From: Candidatus Bathyarchaeota archaeon
GTDB taxonomy: Archaea > Thermoproteota > Bathyarchaeia > Bathyarchaeales > Bathycorpusculaceae
DNA length: 64,000 nucleotides
NCBI GenBank assembly: GCA_963775465.1
Contig: CAVZIW010000008.1
Coordinates: forward strand, 1-64,000
Direction: 5' to 3'
The notes under the pieces were generated by a model. It did no database searches and was not told the origin of the DNA. It saw only the letters and a program-made list of their open reading frames with translations. Below, one piece after another: positions 20,094-29,950 of this stretch (the first letter of the stretch is position 1; every line of letters begins with the position of its first letter). A program made the position numbers and the translations under genes.

Positions 20094-20186
20094 TTTCACC
20101 ATTTTTTGTTACGACATTCCTTTGCATTAGGCAAGGCGGAAAATGTTTAAATGCTGTACGAACAGCAATTATTAAGAACAAGCAAT

Positions 20187-20265
<79 letters not shown>

Positions 20266-20436
20266 TTTTAACTTATCATAGAACACCGAATATATACCCT
20301 CAACTCCTCTTTTAGATCACTATTATTTTTTTGCAAAACCCTGCAGAGAAATGAATTTTTGACTCTTTAGAAATTAAGTTATTGGGTAAGTGGAAATAAC
20401 AAAAAACCTTATCAATAATTCAATATCGGCTTTTAG

Positions 20437-20709
20437 TTACCGTTTTAACTTATAGAGCAAGACTGTTGTGGCCGCAATCATTATCCCGATCCAAAATACA
20501 AGGTCAATGAGGAGGTTTGCAATGTTTACGTTCCATTGGTTAACTGGTCCTGCAATTGTGCTCTGGGCGTTTGTTGCCCATACAAGTGGCAATCCGTAAT
20601 CCACATGTACAAAGTCTGGCCAGTTGTATGTTATGCCCCACAGCAAAGCTGCAGCAGTAATGATCAACCAGATGATCATGAAGCTTAGGATATACACTAT
20701 CTTTCGCAT
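20437..20709 (-). CDS. Hypothetical two-TM membrane protein
   Basis: TM - NWPDFVHVDYGLPLVW loop - TM. Confidence 0.7.
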   Translation of the reverse strand: MRKIVYILSFMIIWLIITAAALLWGITYNWPDFVHVDYGLPLVWATNAQSTIAGPVNQWNVNIANLLIDLVFWIGIMIAATTVLLYKLKR

Positions 20710-20872
20710 ATGGAAATTTGGAAGAATGTAACCCTAATAAGTTTTAGTTTTTGAGTTATCTCTAGACCATGAATTAAATTAGTCAAACCTCAAGGTAAAT
20801 TAAACATAGCCTCTTTAATTGAAGCTATATTTTTATGTGACAGATATAAATGCTAATCCTGATTGATTAGCA

Positions 20873-21968
20873 ATGTCTGAAGTCGTTGCAGAAAGTCTTT
20901 CTGGTCTCCTGCGAGGTTTAATATCTGGAACCATCGCTTTTTTCTTGGTGATGTTATTATCAATAGTGTACCGCTATTTTACAAACGAAAAATTATCTTC
21001 TTTCATCGGCATCGTTTTTGGATTAGGCTTTTTGGGATTTTCAGGAGGACTACTAGGCAATTTTAGAGCAACCCACTGTGGGAGGCGTGATCGAAATCGT
21101 GGCAGTAGCAATAATGATCGTTTGGGGTCTTAACACTGGCGACAAAATAGCCGAAAAGATTCCGAGAAAAAGCGCCTCTTCAATATTAGAGGGAATTAGA
21201 GGAGGAAAAGTAACTTACACCACGATCAAAATGCCTATTTCACGGCTAATACGTGACATGGTCGGAAAGCCTAGAGTTCCTGATTCATTGAAAGCGGAAT
21301 TATCAGAACGCGAATTCACCTTGCCAAGTGACCTTCCACTCGAAGAAATCACCAATAGAGTAAAGAGACGTTTAATTACAGATTGGGGCATAGGGGATGT
21401 GGAACTTGAATTGGACCAAGAACACAAAGTAATCCATCTAGGAATATCTGCAAAGGAAAGAGGCTTAAGCGAGACTATACCCGAAGGCAGCGTGGCTATA
21501 CCGATCGAATGTAATGTCATTCCGTCCAACCTAGTTTCGGGTGATTTGGTAAAACTTTTCTTTGAAAATAACGAAGTCATAGAGAAAATAGAAATAAAAG
21601 GCGTAGATGAAGAACACAAAGTAATAACCATAGTCACCGATTTGGGTTTACTTGACACAATTCGGGGCAAGAAAGCATCGTTGGTGGTGGCTCTGCCGTC
21701 CGACACACCCAAACAAGCAATTAGTGTAGAACAAATTTCAGGTGAAATTGAAGATTTTAAATTTCAAAGAATTGTCAGCTCTCTAAAAAAAGTCGGGGTA
21801 AATAACGAACTCGCGAGCAAGATTGTTATGAATGTTCAAGATAGACTAAGCAAATTAGATCCGCCAGTTTCTACGAGGTTAATTAAAGTGGCAGTTGTAG
21901 AAGAATTGGAAAAGGTAGACCCAGAGGCGACAAAAAAATTGAGAAAACGAAAAATATTTGGTCCATAA
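20873..21968 (+). pseudogene. Membrane protein resembling haloarchaeal TrkA-C-type proteins with a C-terminal ATP-cone; +1 frameshift at about 21056
   Basis: GGLL continues as AILEQPTVGG after deleting one G; REFTLPSDLP..RL..DWGIGDV core; C-terminal SGEIEDF..RIVSSL..G...ASKI...VST..I...V.EEL. Confidence 0.65.
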
Positions 21969-22091
21969 GAACAGTATTTTGCAAACACCTTTTGAAGAAT
22001 CATTTGTTGCATAAATATTATTAAATAGGTATTTCTTCCTTATGCAAGCGACCAAGTTTTTTTTAGATCGCGTAAGGAGGAGCCATTCAGC

Positions 22092-22421
22092 TTGCATTTG
22101 GAACAGATGAAGAAAGAAATTGAAGTACTAGTTATTAAGAAGGGTTTTTACAACAAGCCTGAAGACATACCAAAAAAACTGCTCTTTGCCTTCATCGAAC
22201 TAGGTGAAGCAAGTGATGCATGGAAAAAAGGATTGCCTGAGGAAAAAATCGCAGAAGAATTAATAGACGTAATCTTTTATGTTTTAGATGCCAGCCGCTT
22301 AGCTTGCCCAAACATGAACATGGATGAAATATTCAAAAAGAAACTAAAAAAAAACCTTGACAGGCCTTTCCAGTACGGCGAAGGACACCGTATCAAACGG
22401 CTTGAAGAAACACAAAAATAA
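22092..22421 (+). CDS. MazG-like nucleotide pyrophosphohydrolase
   Basis: IELGEASDAWKK and EELIDVIFY acidic helices. Confidence 0.8.
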   Translation: MHLEQMKKEIEVLVIKKGFYNKPEDIPKKLLFAFIELGEASDAWKKGLPEEKIAEELIDVIFYVLDASRLACPNMNMDEIFKKKLKKNLDRPFQYGEGHRIKRLEETQK

Positions 22422-22466
22422 CCTCAAAGATTATTTTAAACTACAAATAACTGCTGTGGACATAAA

Positions 22467-22892
22467 GTGGAATTTACTTACCCAACCAATATGCTGTTTC
22501 ATTGTAGCAAATGTGGCTTATGCTGTGGTGATACAAAACAAAAATCACGATGCATCTTGCTCTTGGAGTCAGAAGCAAACGACATATCAAACCTAACACA
22601 TCAACCAAAACAACATTTCGCCACAGAGGTGAGAAACAAAGCACCTTACCTCTATGAAATGAAAAAAACCAGTCAAGGTAGATGCTTGTTTCTAGAAGAC
22701 AACAATTGCGCTATTTACGAGCATAGACCGTTAATCTGTAGGTTCTATCCTTTTGAGCTAAAATTTTCACAGGACAAAGAAAACTATACTTTTGAATTCA
22801 CGCTTGAATGTCCAGAAATAGGTAAAGGCAAAAAACTCGCCAAAAAGGATTTTGAAAAAATGTTTACAATGGCAAAAGAAAGACTATGTTAG
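22467..22892 (+). CDS. YkgJ family cysteine-cluster protein
   Basis: CSKCGLCC, CLFL, CAIYEHRPLICRFYPF, CPEIG. Confidence 0.88.
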   Translation: MEFTYPTNMLFHCSKCGLCCGDTKQKSRCILLLESEANDISNLTHQPKQHFATEVRNKAPYLYEMKKTSQGRCLFLEDNNCAIYEHRPLICRFYPFELKFSQDKENYTFEFTLECPEIGKGKKLAKKDFEKMFTMAKERLC

Positions 22893-23353
22893 AGTTGCTT
22901 CAAAACATTAGTCTGTTCTATTGTGAAACCGCAATAATGGCATTTCAAAACTATTGGCTCTTCTTGTTTTGCATGAAACTTTGTGGTTATTGGCTCATCA
23001 CTGTTACTTATGCAGCATGGATTAACACATTTTAATATGCCTTCAAAAGTGATAGGTAACTTTACCTCTAACTTTTCAATCACAGCATAATCTCGAATAA
23101 TGTTTATAGACGCATGAGGTGCAACTAACGCTATTCTGTTAACTTCTTGTGAGTTGAGCTCTTTTCCCTCAATCTTTACAATATCCTTAACCCTAAAACG
23201 TTTACTAGGAACATTAATTGCAATAGTCATAACTCTCTTCTCTTTGCCAGTTATCCCCAAAATCTTTACAACATCCAAGGCAAATCCTCCTCGAATATGG
23301 TCAATAACTGTGCCATCTTTAATTTTGGTAACCCTCAGCTCACGATCACTCAT
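22889..23353 (-). CDS. pyrI: Aspartate carbamoyltransferase regulatory subunit
   Basis: IKDGTVIDHI, KDIVKIE, CVNPCCIS, CHYCG. Confidence 0.95.
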   Translation of the reverse strand: MSDRELRVTKIKDGTVIDHIRGGFALDVVKILGITGKEKRVMTIAINVPSKRFRVKDIVKIEGKELNSQEVNRIALVAPHASINIIRDYAVIEKLEVKLPITFEGILKCVNPCCISNSDEPITTKFHAKQEEPIVLKCHYCGFTIEQTNVLKQL

Positions 23354-23418
23354 ATAGGATCATCTCTCGTAAAGGCTACACAAAGGGAACAGATAAAATT
23401 TTACTTAAAGCTCCACTC

Positions 23419-24138
23419 TTATGGAATACGGGAAAGCAAATCTATAACAGTTGTTCCAGCAAACTTGTCAAAATACCTCAAGAACATTTGGTTCTTTAAA
23501 CGCCACCCTAATAGTAAGTCAAAGGGTAATATAGGTAACAGCTTGCCAAAATTCCGGACAGCTGCATGGTCGTAAGACATTTTTCTGCCGTCAGTTCGGA
23601 CAACTTTAACTCCGAAGATACGTTTTCCTATGCTTTGGCCGTTAAATCCTTCTAATAGTGTAGAATAAACCCAAAGAAGAACTATGGTTATGAAAAGTAT
23701 GGTGCTACTTTCTCCAAATAAGTCCGTGGATGTAAAAGGAAAAATGTATGGAAAATAGGTAATTGCCAAGGTAATAGCCAGCATAAACGCAAAATCTACT
23801 AAGAAAGCGCCAACTCTATATTCGATGGATGCAACAGGAAGTAAACTTGCCCTGCCATGTACATCAGCAGCTTCAACCCAGCCTTCAACATCATGGATAA
23901 CTCTCACAGCGTTTTCGCCTGCTCTGCTTAGCTTATATTTTCCGTTTGGAGTTTGTTCGATGAAAGAAGATAAAGCGCGGAGATGAAAACTTAGCTTTCC
24001 AGTATCTGCCTTTAACAAGTTTAATAAATCGGTGAAGGAAGACTCTCCATTTTCACTTAGATCTAGCAATATTTCTCTTCGCATTGGATGCGCAAGAACT
24101 GAAAGTACTTTTGAAACATTTTCTTGTTCGATGCTCAT
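23419..24138 (-). CDS. ArsR-type wHTH fused to an RDD membrane domain
   Basis: LAHPMRREIL..GKLSFHL; RVGAFLVD, GQSIGKRIFGVKVV, DKFAGTTV. Confidence 0.85.
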   Translation of the reverse strand: MSIEQENVSKVLSVLAHPMRREILLDLSENGESSFTDLLNLLKADTGKLSFHLRALSSFIEQTPNGKYKLSRAGENAVRVIHDVEGWVEAADVHGRASLLPVASIEYRVGAFLVDFAFMLAITLAITYFPYIFPFTSTDLFGESSTILFITIVLLWVYSTLLEGFNGQSIGKRIFGVKVVRTDGRKMSYDHAAVRNFGKLLPILPFDLLLGWRLKNQMFLRYFDKFAGTTVIDLLSRIP

Positions 24139-24280
24139 TTGCTAAACCATGGTTTAATAATTAACAATATTTTTTTTGAGTACCATACAAAACTTCTGTC
24201 TTCAATATAAGTTCCACTCAAAAATGACCTCGAATAAATATCTAATCTAAATAGCAGAATACAACTTATTAAATAATTGT

Positions 24281-25180
24281 ATGTCCAGCGCTGACGTTGC
24301 AGTAAAAGTGTTCCGTGAATTAGAAAACGAAGACTTAAGAATACTGCATGTAATCGAAGCGGCAATGAGTAAACGCGAATTCGTTCCAACTGAACAAATC
24401 CAAAAATACGCCAAAGTCCCCATGGATCGAATAAATTTTACATTGAGCAAACTAAACAAGCTGGGTCTAATATTTCAAAACAAAGGCGCCTATACTGGGC
24501 ACACTTTGATCTATGCTGGTTACGATTGTCTTGCGATAAACAGTCTTGTCAAAGCCGGAGTCATTTCGTCTTTTGGGCAGACATTGGGAGTTGGAAAAGA
24601 AGCGGATGTTTATGATGCGCTTAGCCCAACAGGAAACCGCGTGGCTGTAAAATTTCACAGATTAGGAAGAACTAGTTTTAGGCAAACCAGGCGAAAAAGA
24701 GGATACATAAGAGAACATTCTACATGGCTATTTCAATCGCATTTGGCAGCTGAAAGAGAGTATCAAGCTATTCAACTGGCTTATAAAAACGCTGTTTCTG
24801 TTCCTGAACCAATAAGCCAAAATCGTCACGTATTAGTGATGGGGATAATTGCAGGAGCTCAATTATCTAAATACACGGATGTGGGCAACCCGAAGACGCT
24901 TATTAGAGCGATCTTGCGCAACGTTAGAAAAACCTACCTGAAAGCTCATCTTATTCACGGTGACTTGAGTGAATACAATATCATCTTAGAACCTGATGGA
25001 AATTTGCTTATCATCGATTGGCCTCAAGCGGTAAAAACAGATCACCCAAATGCAAAGGAACTGCTTGAAAGAGACATTAAGAATGTGTTGATTTTTTTCA
25101 GCCGAAAATTCAACATAGAGCTAACTTTGAAAGAAGCCTACGGATATGTAGTCGGTGAAACCAGGGGTCTAAAGTTTTAG
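24281..25180 (+). CDS. rio2: RIO2 serine/threonine kinase
   Basis: N-terminal wHTH, GYDCLA, GVGKEADVY, KFHRLGRTSF, HGDLSEYNI, IDWPQ. Confidence 0.93.
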   Translation: MSSADVAVKVFRELENEDLRILHVIEAAMSKREFVPTEQIQKYAKVPMDRINFTLSKLNKLGLIFQNKGAYTGHTLIYAGYDCLAINSLVKAGVISSFGQTLGVGKEADVYDALSPTGNRVAVKFHRLGRTSFRQTRRKRGYIREHSTWLFQSHLAAEREYQAIQLAYKNAVSVPEPISQNRHVLVMGIIAGAQLSKYTDVGNPKTLIRAILRNVRKTYLKAHLIHGDLSEYNIILEPDGNLLIIDWPQAVKTDHPNAKELLERDIKNVLIFFSRKFNIELTLKEAYGYVVGETRGLKF

Positions 25181-25425
25181 TGCTTGTTAGCGTCCATTAC
25201 TATGTACAGAATGTTGTTTCCTCGAAGTAACACATTACCGTAGTTTGTCATTAGTTGGTCTTCTTTGATTTCAGTAGCGCCTTCCAACAGTATGTTCATG
25301 TGCCCATCGCACTTTATCATTTTTCCTTTGTATTCATATCCATTTTTCAGTACAACTTCAATGTTGCCATGCAGCTGTTTGATGAGTACGTTGAGAGGTT
25401 TTTTACTTGGTTCCATCATTGACAT
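25177..25425 (-). CDS. Sm-like (Lsm/SmAP) RNA-binding protein
   Basis: LKNG.EY.G....DGHMNI.L and GNVLLRGNNI Sm1/Sm2 motifs. Confidence 0.92.
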   Translation of the reverse strand: MSMMEPSKKPLNVLIKQLHGNIEVVLKNGYEYKGKMIKCDGHMNILLEGATEIKEDQLMTNYGNVLLRGNNILYIVMDANKH

Positions 25426-25631
25426 TTTATAGAGTCACTGTCCATACCTATTATATCTGCAAGAACCTCTTACCAAATATAAAAGCCTTATGAAAAAGGG
25501 TTCTTGTAATTTCATGGTCGATGGCAAAAGTTGTTAAAAATCGGTCGACAAATCGATTTTTTTCTGTTCTCAAAAATGACTTTTAACTTTCGGGTGATCG
25601 CCTGCCTTTCTATCTGAACTACAAATAAAAG

Positions 25632-26144
25632 TTAACTGCATATTTTGGCCTTTATTCTGGGGAAAACTTCTTTCTGAGCTTGAACGATTCCAAAAGTTGT
25701 TATTTTGAATTTATTATTAGTATCCCTAGTTGCTAACTCATTTTTTGCCAGTTCGCCTAATCTTGTACAGGTGATTTTACCGTTTTTTCCTATTTTCGCT
25801 TGCAATGTCTTTTTTGAAACAGAATCGCTGTCAACTAAACCAAGTCTATAACCTAAATGGTAAGCAGTTAGCAAGATCAGAAGAGCTTCATTGTCCGTAA
25901 GTTTGGTTTTAGGGACCAACAAATTTGGGCATTCAGTTGAGAAAGCTATTATTCCTGCAAGATCTTGGGCAAGCTGTTTTAAATCAACGTTAAGCTGAAG
26001 TTTCTGGGCAATCTCAAACGAGGGGACTATCTCTTTAAAGAACTTGGTTAGCAATAGCCATGCTTCTTGGGGGTCAGATGAAAATTGTTGTTCAATGTTG
26101 TGGTATTTTATAAGGAAATGAATTTTTTCTGGTTTTTGGTTCAA
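25632..26144 (-). CDS. Hypothetical protein with a C-terminal wHTH-like region
   Basis: LTDNEALLILL..RLGEL..FKITTFG; similar to the neighbouring gene. Confidence 0.7.
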   Translation of the reverse strand: MNQKPEKIHFLIKYHNIEQQFSSDPQEAWLLLTKFFKEIVPSFEIAQKLQLNVDLKQLAQDLAGIIAFSTECPNLLVPKTKLTDNEALLILLTAYHLGYRLGLVDSDSVSKKTLQAKIGKNGKITCTRLGELAKNELATRDTNNKFKITTFGIVQAQKEVFPRIKAKICS

Positions 26145-26614
26145 CTCATTTTTCCTCTGAGTTTAGAGAGAACCTCATCTTCAATCCACTGTTCACCTTG
26201 AATTGTAAGCTTGAATTCCGGTTTATTTGGATCAGGCTTGAAGACTTGTCCGCGTTTGGTCATTTCGTTGAGTCTTGCTGGAACCATGCTTTTTATGCCG
26301 CTAGATTCCAAGAGTTTTTGGATTTGAGCTGCCGTGTTTTTTCGTTCATCCGAAGCGTATAAAACCAATCCAACCGCTTCGTAATGAGTTAGATTTTCGC
26401 GGGTAACTATTACTGGTCCTTCAGTTGTTGCCTCGACGATTCCCTTGAGTTGAGCCCCTGACGGATTTAAACGGCTAGAAACAAAGTCAGACAGTTTCTC
26501 AACAAAATTTTCTGGAATTTCGCTAAGCATGTCAAGTATTTCCTGCGAGTTTTCTCCCTCAATTACAACTTCACCGAAAGGTGTTTTTATGCGCGCCTCA
26601 ATCCGTTTCATCAA
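26141..26614 (-). CDS. Hypothetical protein with a C-terminal wHTH-like region
   Basis: LTHYEAVGLVL..ARLNEM..FKLTIQG; stop overlaps the next start. Confidence 0.75.
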   Translation of the reverse strand: MMKRIEARIKTPFGEVVIEGENSQEILDMLSEIPENFVEKLSDFVSSRLNPSGAQLKGIVEATTEGPVIVTRENLTHYEAVGLVLYASDERKNTAAQIQKLLESSGIKSMVPARLNEMTKRGQVFKPDPNKPEFKLTIQGEQWIEDEVLSKLRGKMS

Positions 26615-26700
26615 TCCAACGCCCCGTCTTATAGGTAATACTCTGTGCTAGTGCTTTTTAGTATTTGTTACAAGAAAGATGTTAAAAAAACAAAATGGGG

Positions 26701-28596
26701 CTAATTTAGCTTTTCTTTTAAGAGTTTGACAACAAGTTCAGGTTTGGCTTTTCCACGGACTTCTTTCATAACCACACCTATGAGCATTCCAAACGCGTTC
26801 TTGCCAAGCTTGTCGACTTGTTCTTTGTTTTCTTCGATAACTCGGTTTATTATAGGTGTTAAGTCAGATTCAGTGAACATTTTCAATCCCAAAGCTGCGA
26901 CTGCAGACTGCAGAGTCTCGCCTTCGTTCTTTGAGAGCCAGTTGAATACTTCTGCAATGGCTTCTTTTGCGAGTTCACCTGAGCCAACAGCTTTGAATAT
27001 GCTCAAGATTTGGCTATCAGTAACATTATCCACTTCTACGCTATCCCGTTTTAGTGCCTTTACCGTTTCAGTTAAGAATGCCGCAACTGTAGAGCCTGAA
27101 ACTCCACTATCCTTTGCTGCTACTTCAAAGAGGCTGTTGTATTCTGAATCAATCAATTGTTTAGCAAGTTTTTCATTCAAGTTGTATTCTTTAATTAAAC
27201 GTGCAAGCTTTGTATCTGCAGGTTCTGGCAAATTGGCTTTAATCTTCTCGACTAATTGGTCAGTTATGATTTGGGGGGGAATGTCTGTTTCAGGGTACAT
27301 TCGAGCTGCACCGGGTCTTGGACGCATGTAGTGGGTTGTGCCGTCATCTTTTGCAGTGCGTGTTTCTGCTGGGACTCCAACAAGGGCTTCTTGGCAACGT
27401 TCTACGACCGCTTTCAAAGCATCCGTCGTGTTTTCTGCTGTGTCAGCAACTAAAACGACTGCGTCTCCTTCATTGGCTGCAACTGCTTTACGGGTTGCTT
27501 GGACTTCTTCTGGTGTTATGCCGTAATTTGGCATTTCGTCGGTGTGGAATATTCCGCCGACTCTGCCCCAGAATTTTGCGCGATCAGATAGTTCTGTGCC
27601 GAAGCGGAAATTGGGCATCAATTCAAGCCCTAGCAGTCCAGCGAAACAAGACAACTTAACAGCCATAACTTTTTGATTTTTTTCTATTGCTTTTCTGATT
27701 ACTTTGGATTTGGTTTCTTTGAAAATTGCAGATACATCAATGAAATCGGGTCTAATCAATTCTGCAACTATACCGCGTTTTGTCAGTTCCTCTTTGATGC
27801 TGATTAATCCGAGTTGTCTTTGAACTTCGTATTCAACAACTGCTGAAATTAGCTCCAATTCCTGGACTCCTTTAATCTCGATCAAGGCACCGTTAGGCAA
27901 AGAAACATTCAGATCTTGACGAATTGTGCCTAATCCACGCATAACTTTGCCTGTGTCTCGTAGTATTCTGCCAATTGCATATGCAACTTCCTGAGCTTCT
28001 TGTGGTGAATAAATCACTGGTGCAGTTGCAACTTCAATTAATGGGATGCCTAAGCGATCAATTCGATATCGGATTGTTTTTCCGTTATCTTGGGTTCCTG
28101 TTTTCCGTGCGGCGTCTTCTTCGAGGCTTGCAGCTTGCATTGGGATGATTTTTTCGCTGACTTTAATCCAGCCATCAAGAGCGATTATGCAGGTACGTTG
28201 AAAACCTGTCGTGTTTGAGCCGTCGATGACGGTTTTACGCATAACGTGGACTTCATTTGCAGGTTGCATGTTCATCATAAGAGATGCAGTTAAAACGACT
28301 TCAACTGCATCGATATTAATGGGGTGTGGAGGTTCCTCGTCCATCTCAACAAGGCATGAGTTTTTGCGGTTGGCTTCGTAGAGGATTCTTATACCCTTTT
28401 GGAATTCAAAGTAAGCTGCTGGGTCAACTTGGCCGAGTTCGCTTTGTGTGGGTCTAAGTCGTCGCAAGAACGTGATTTCTGGGTTTTCTTTGAATAGTTC
28501 GGGAGGACAATTGCAGAAGAGTTTGCTGTTTACGTTTAGTTGTTGGTGGATTTCTAAACCGACTTTTAAGCCCACTTTAGCGTAATCAATGGTCAT
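26701..28596 (-). CDS. gatE: Glu-tRNA(Gln) amidotransferase subunit E
   Basis: GLKVGLEIHQQL, DGSNTTGFQRT, RGLGTIRQD, PGAARMYPETD; start at ATG 28596. Confidence 0.96.
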   Translation of the reverse strand: MTIDYAKVGLKVGLEIHQQLNVNSKLFCNCPPELFKENPEITFLRRLRPTQSELGQVDPAAYFEFQKGIRILYEANRKNSCLVEMDEEPPHPINIDAVEVVLTASLMMNMQPANEVHVMRKTVIDGSNTTGFQRTCIIALDGWIKVSEKIIPMQAASLEEDAARKTGTQDNGKTIRYRIDRLGIPLIEVATAPVIYSPQEAQEVAYAIGRILRDTGKVMRGLGTIRQDLNVSLPNGALIEIKGVQELELISAVVEYEVQRQLGLISIKEELTKRGIVAELIRPDFIDVSAIFKETKSKVIRKAIEKNQKVMAVKLSCFAGLLGLELMPNFRFGTELSDRAKFWGRVGGIFHTDEMPNYGITPEEVQATRKAVAANEGDAVVLVADTAENTTDALKAVVERCQEALVGVPAETRTAKDDGTTHYMRPRPGAARMYPETDIPPQIITDQLVEKIKANLPEPADTKLARLIKEYNLNEKLAKQLIDSEYNSLFEVAAKDSGVSGSTVAAFLTETVKALKRDSVEVDNVTDSQILSIFKAVGSGELAKEAIAEVFNWLSKNEGETLQSAVAALGLKMFTESDLTPIINRVIEENKEQVDKLGKNAFGMLIGVVMKEVRGKAKPELVVKLLKEKLN

Positions 28597-28597
28597 T

Positions 28598-29950
28598 TTA
28601 TGCGTCTCCTTCAAATTGGAGGTTTTCTTCCTGTGGAAGACTTCGAGGCGAATATTCGCCTGCAATGTCAGTTTTAAGCAGTATTATTGCTTCCTTGGGG
28701 TTGCTAGTTTGTCCCAGTGCCCACATGAGCTTAACAAGGGCAGTTTCTGGAAACATGTCATCAAGCGGGACTACGCCAAAGGAGAGCAAATCGCGCCCCG
28801 TGTCGTAAATGTTCATGTTTACTCTTCCCCAGATACATTGAGATGCTAGGGCAACAACGACGCCTTTTGTCACTGCGTTTTTTATGGCCTCAAAGCAGAA
28901 TTTGCTCACGTGTCCGAGTCCAGACCCCTCCAACAAAATGCCTTTCATACCTTTTTCTACGTAATAATCGATAATGGTTGGGTTTAACCCTGGATAAAAT
29001 TTCAATAATGCAACTTTTTCGCTGAAACTTGATTTAAGAATTAGCTTCTTGTTTGGATCTCGACGTTGGTATTTTTCTGTCTGCATGGTGACTTGTAGGT
29101 CTTTGACTCTAGCGATGGGAAAACCGTTTATGGATTTAAAGGTATCACGGCGACTGGTGTGGCACTTGCGCACTTTAGTGCCCCGATGAACAACTATTGC
29201 CGAATCTGAAACAGTTTCATGCATGGCTAAACCCACCTCGGCAAATGGCGCTTCACCTGCAGTTTTTACTGCGCCAATGAGGTTTGTTGCTGCATCACTG
29301 CTTGGTCGGTCAGAAGAACGTTGAGCACCAACAAGGACGACTGGAACGGGCAAATTCTGCAAAGCAAAACTCAAAGCGGCTGAAGTGTAGGCCATAGTAT
29401 CTGTACCGTGTGCAATAACCACTCCATCCACGCCTTGCTCGATGCGTTTTGCAACAGTTTGGGCAAGTTCAGTCCAATGTTGTTGTGCAATGTTTTCGCT
29501 GTATAGGCTAAATACGATTTCTGTGTCAACTTGAGCTACATCGCTTAGTTCAGGAACTACACCATATAGGTCGCTGGCTGAGATTGCTGAACGTACAGCT
29601 CCAGTGCGATAGTCCACGCGGCTAGCTATCGTTCCGCCTGTACTCATGATGACTACATGGGGCAACTTTGGGTTTGGTTTTGGTAGGGGTGGGGAAGCAA
29701 AAGTGGGTTTGGTGCCTTTGCCCATTTTTTCGATTTTAACTTCGGGTGAGGCTTGGATGCCAATGTTGTAGCCGCTTTTCATTTTAATAATAATGGCTGT
29801 GTGTTCGCCGAGCCCTGAGCGAGGAATCAGTATGCCCTCGTAGATCTTGCTTTTACGTGTTATTTTTATGATGTCACCGATGTTACAGTCGGCTTCTTTA
29901 AGCAGATTCAACGCTTGACCTTTGTAGCCTGAATTTTCGAGTTGCGTCAT
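28598..29950 (-). CDS. gatD: Glu-tRNA(Gln) amidotransferase subunit D
   Basis: STGGTIASRVDYRTG, HGTDTM, GAQRSSDRPSSD. Confidence 0.96.
   Translation of the reverse strand: MTQLENSGYKGQALNLLKEADCNIGDIIKITRKSKIYEGILIPRSGLGEHTAIIIKMKSGYNIGIQASPEVKIEKMGKGTKPTFASPPLPKPNPKLPHVVIMSTGGTIASRVDYRTGAVRSAISASDLYGVVPELSDVAQVDTEIVFSLYSENIAQQHWTELAQTVAKRIEQGVDGVVIAHGTDTMAYTSAALSFALQNLPVPVVLVGAQRSSDRPSSDAATNLIGAVKTAGEAPFAEVGLAMHETVSDSAIVVHRGTKVRKCHTSRRDTFKSINGFPIARVKDLQVTMQTEKYQRRDPNKKLILKSSFSEKVALLKFYPGLNPTIIDYYVEKGMKGILLEGSGLGHVSKFCFEAIKNAVTKGVVVALASQCIWGRVNMNIYDTGRDLLSFGVVPLDDMFPETALVKLMWALGQTSNPKEAIILLKTDIAGEYSPRSLPQEENLQFEGDA

Noticed and set aside
26726-27659. Long antisense ORFs inside gatE, and similar ones inside other genes
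   Set aside because: Shadow ORFs opposite well-supported genes, with no motifs.
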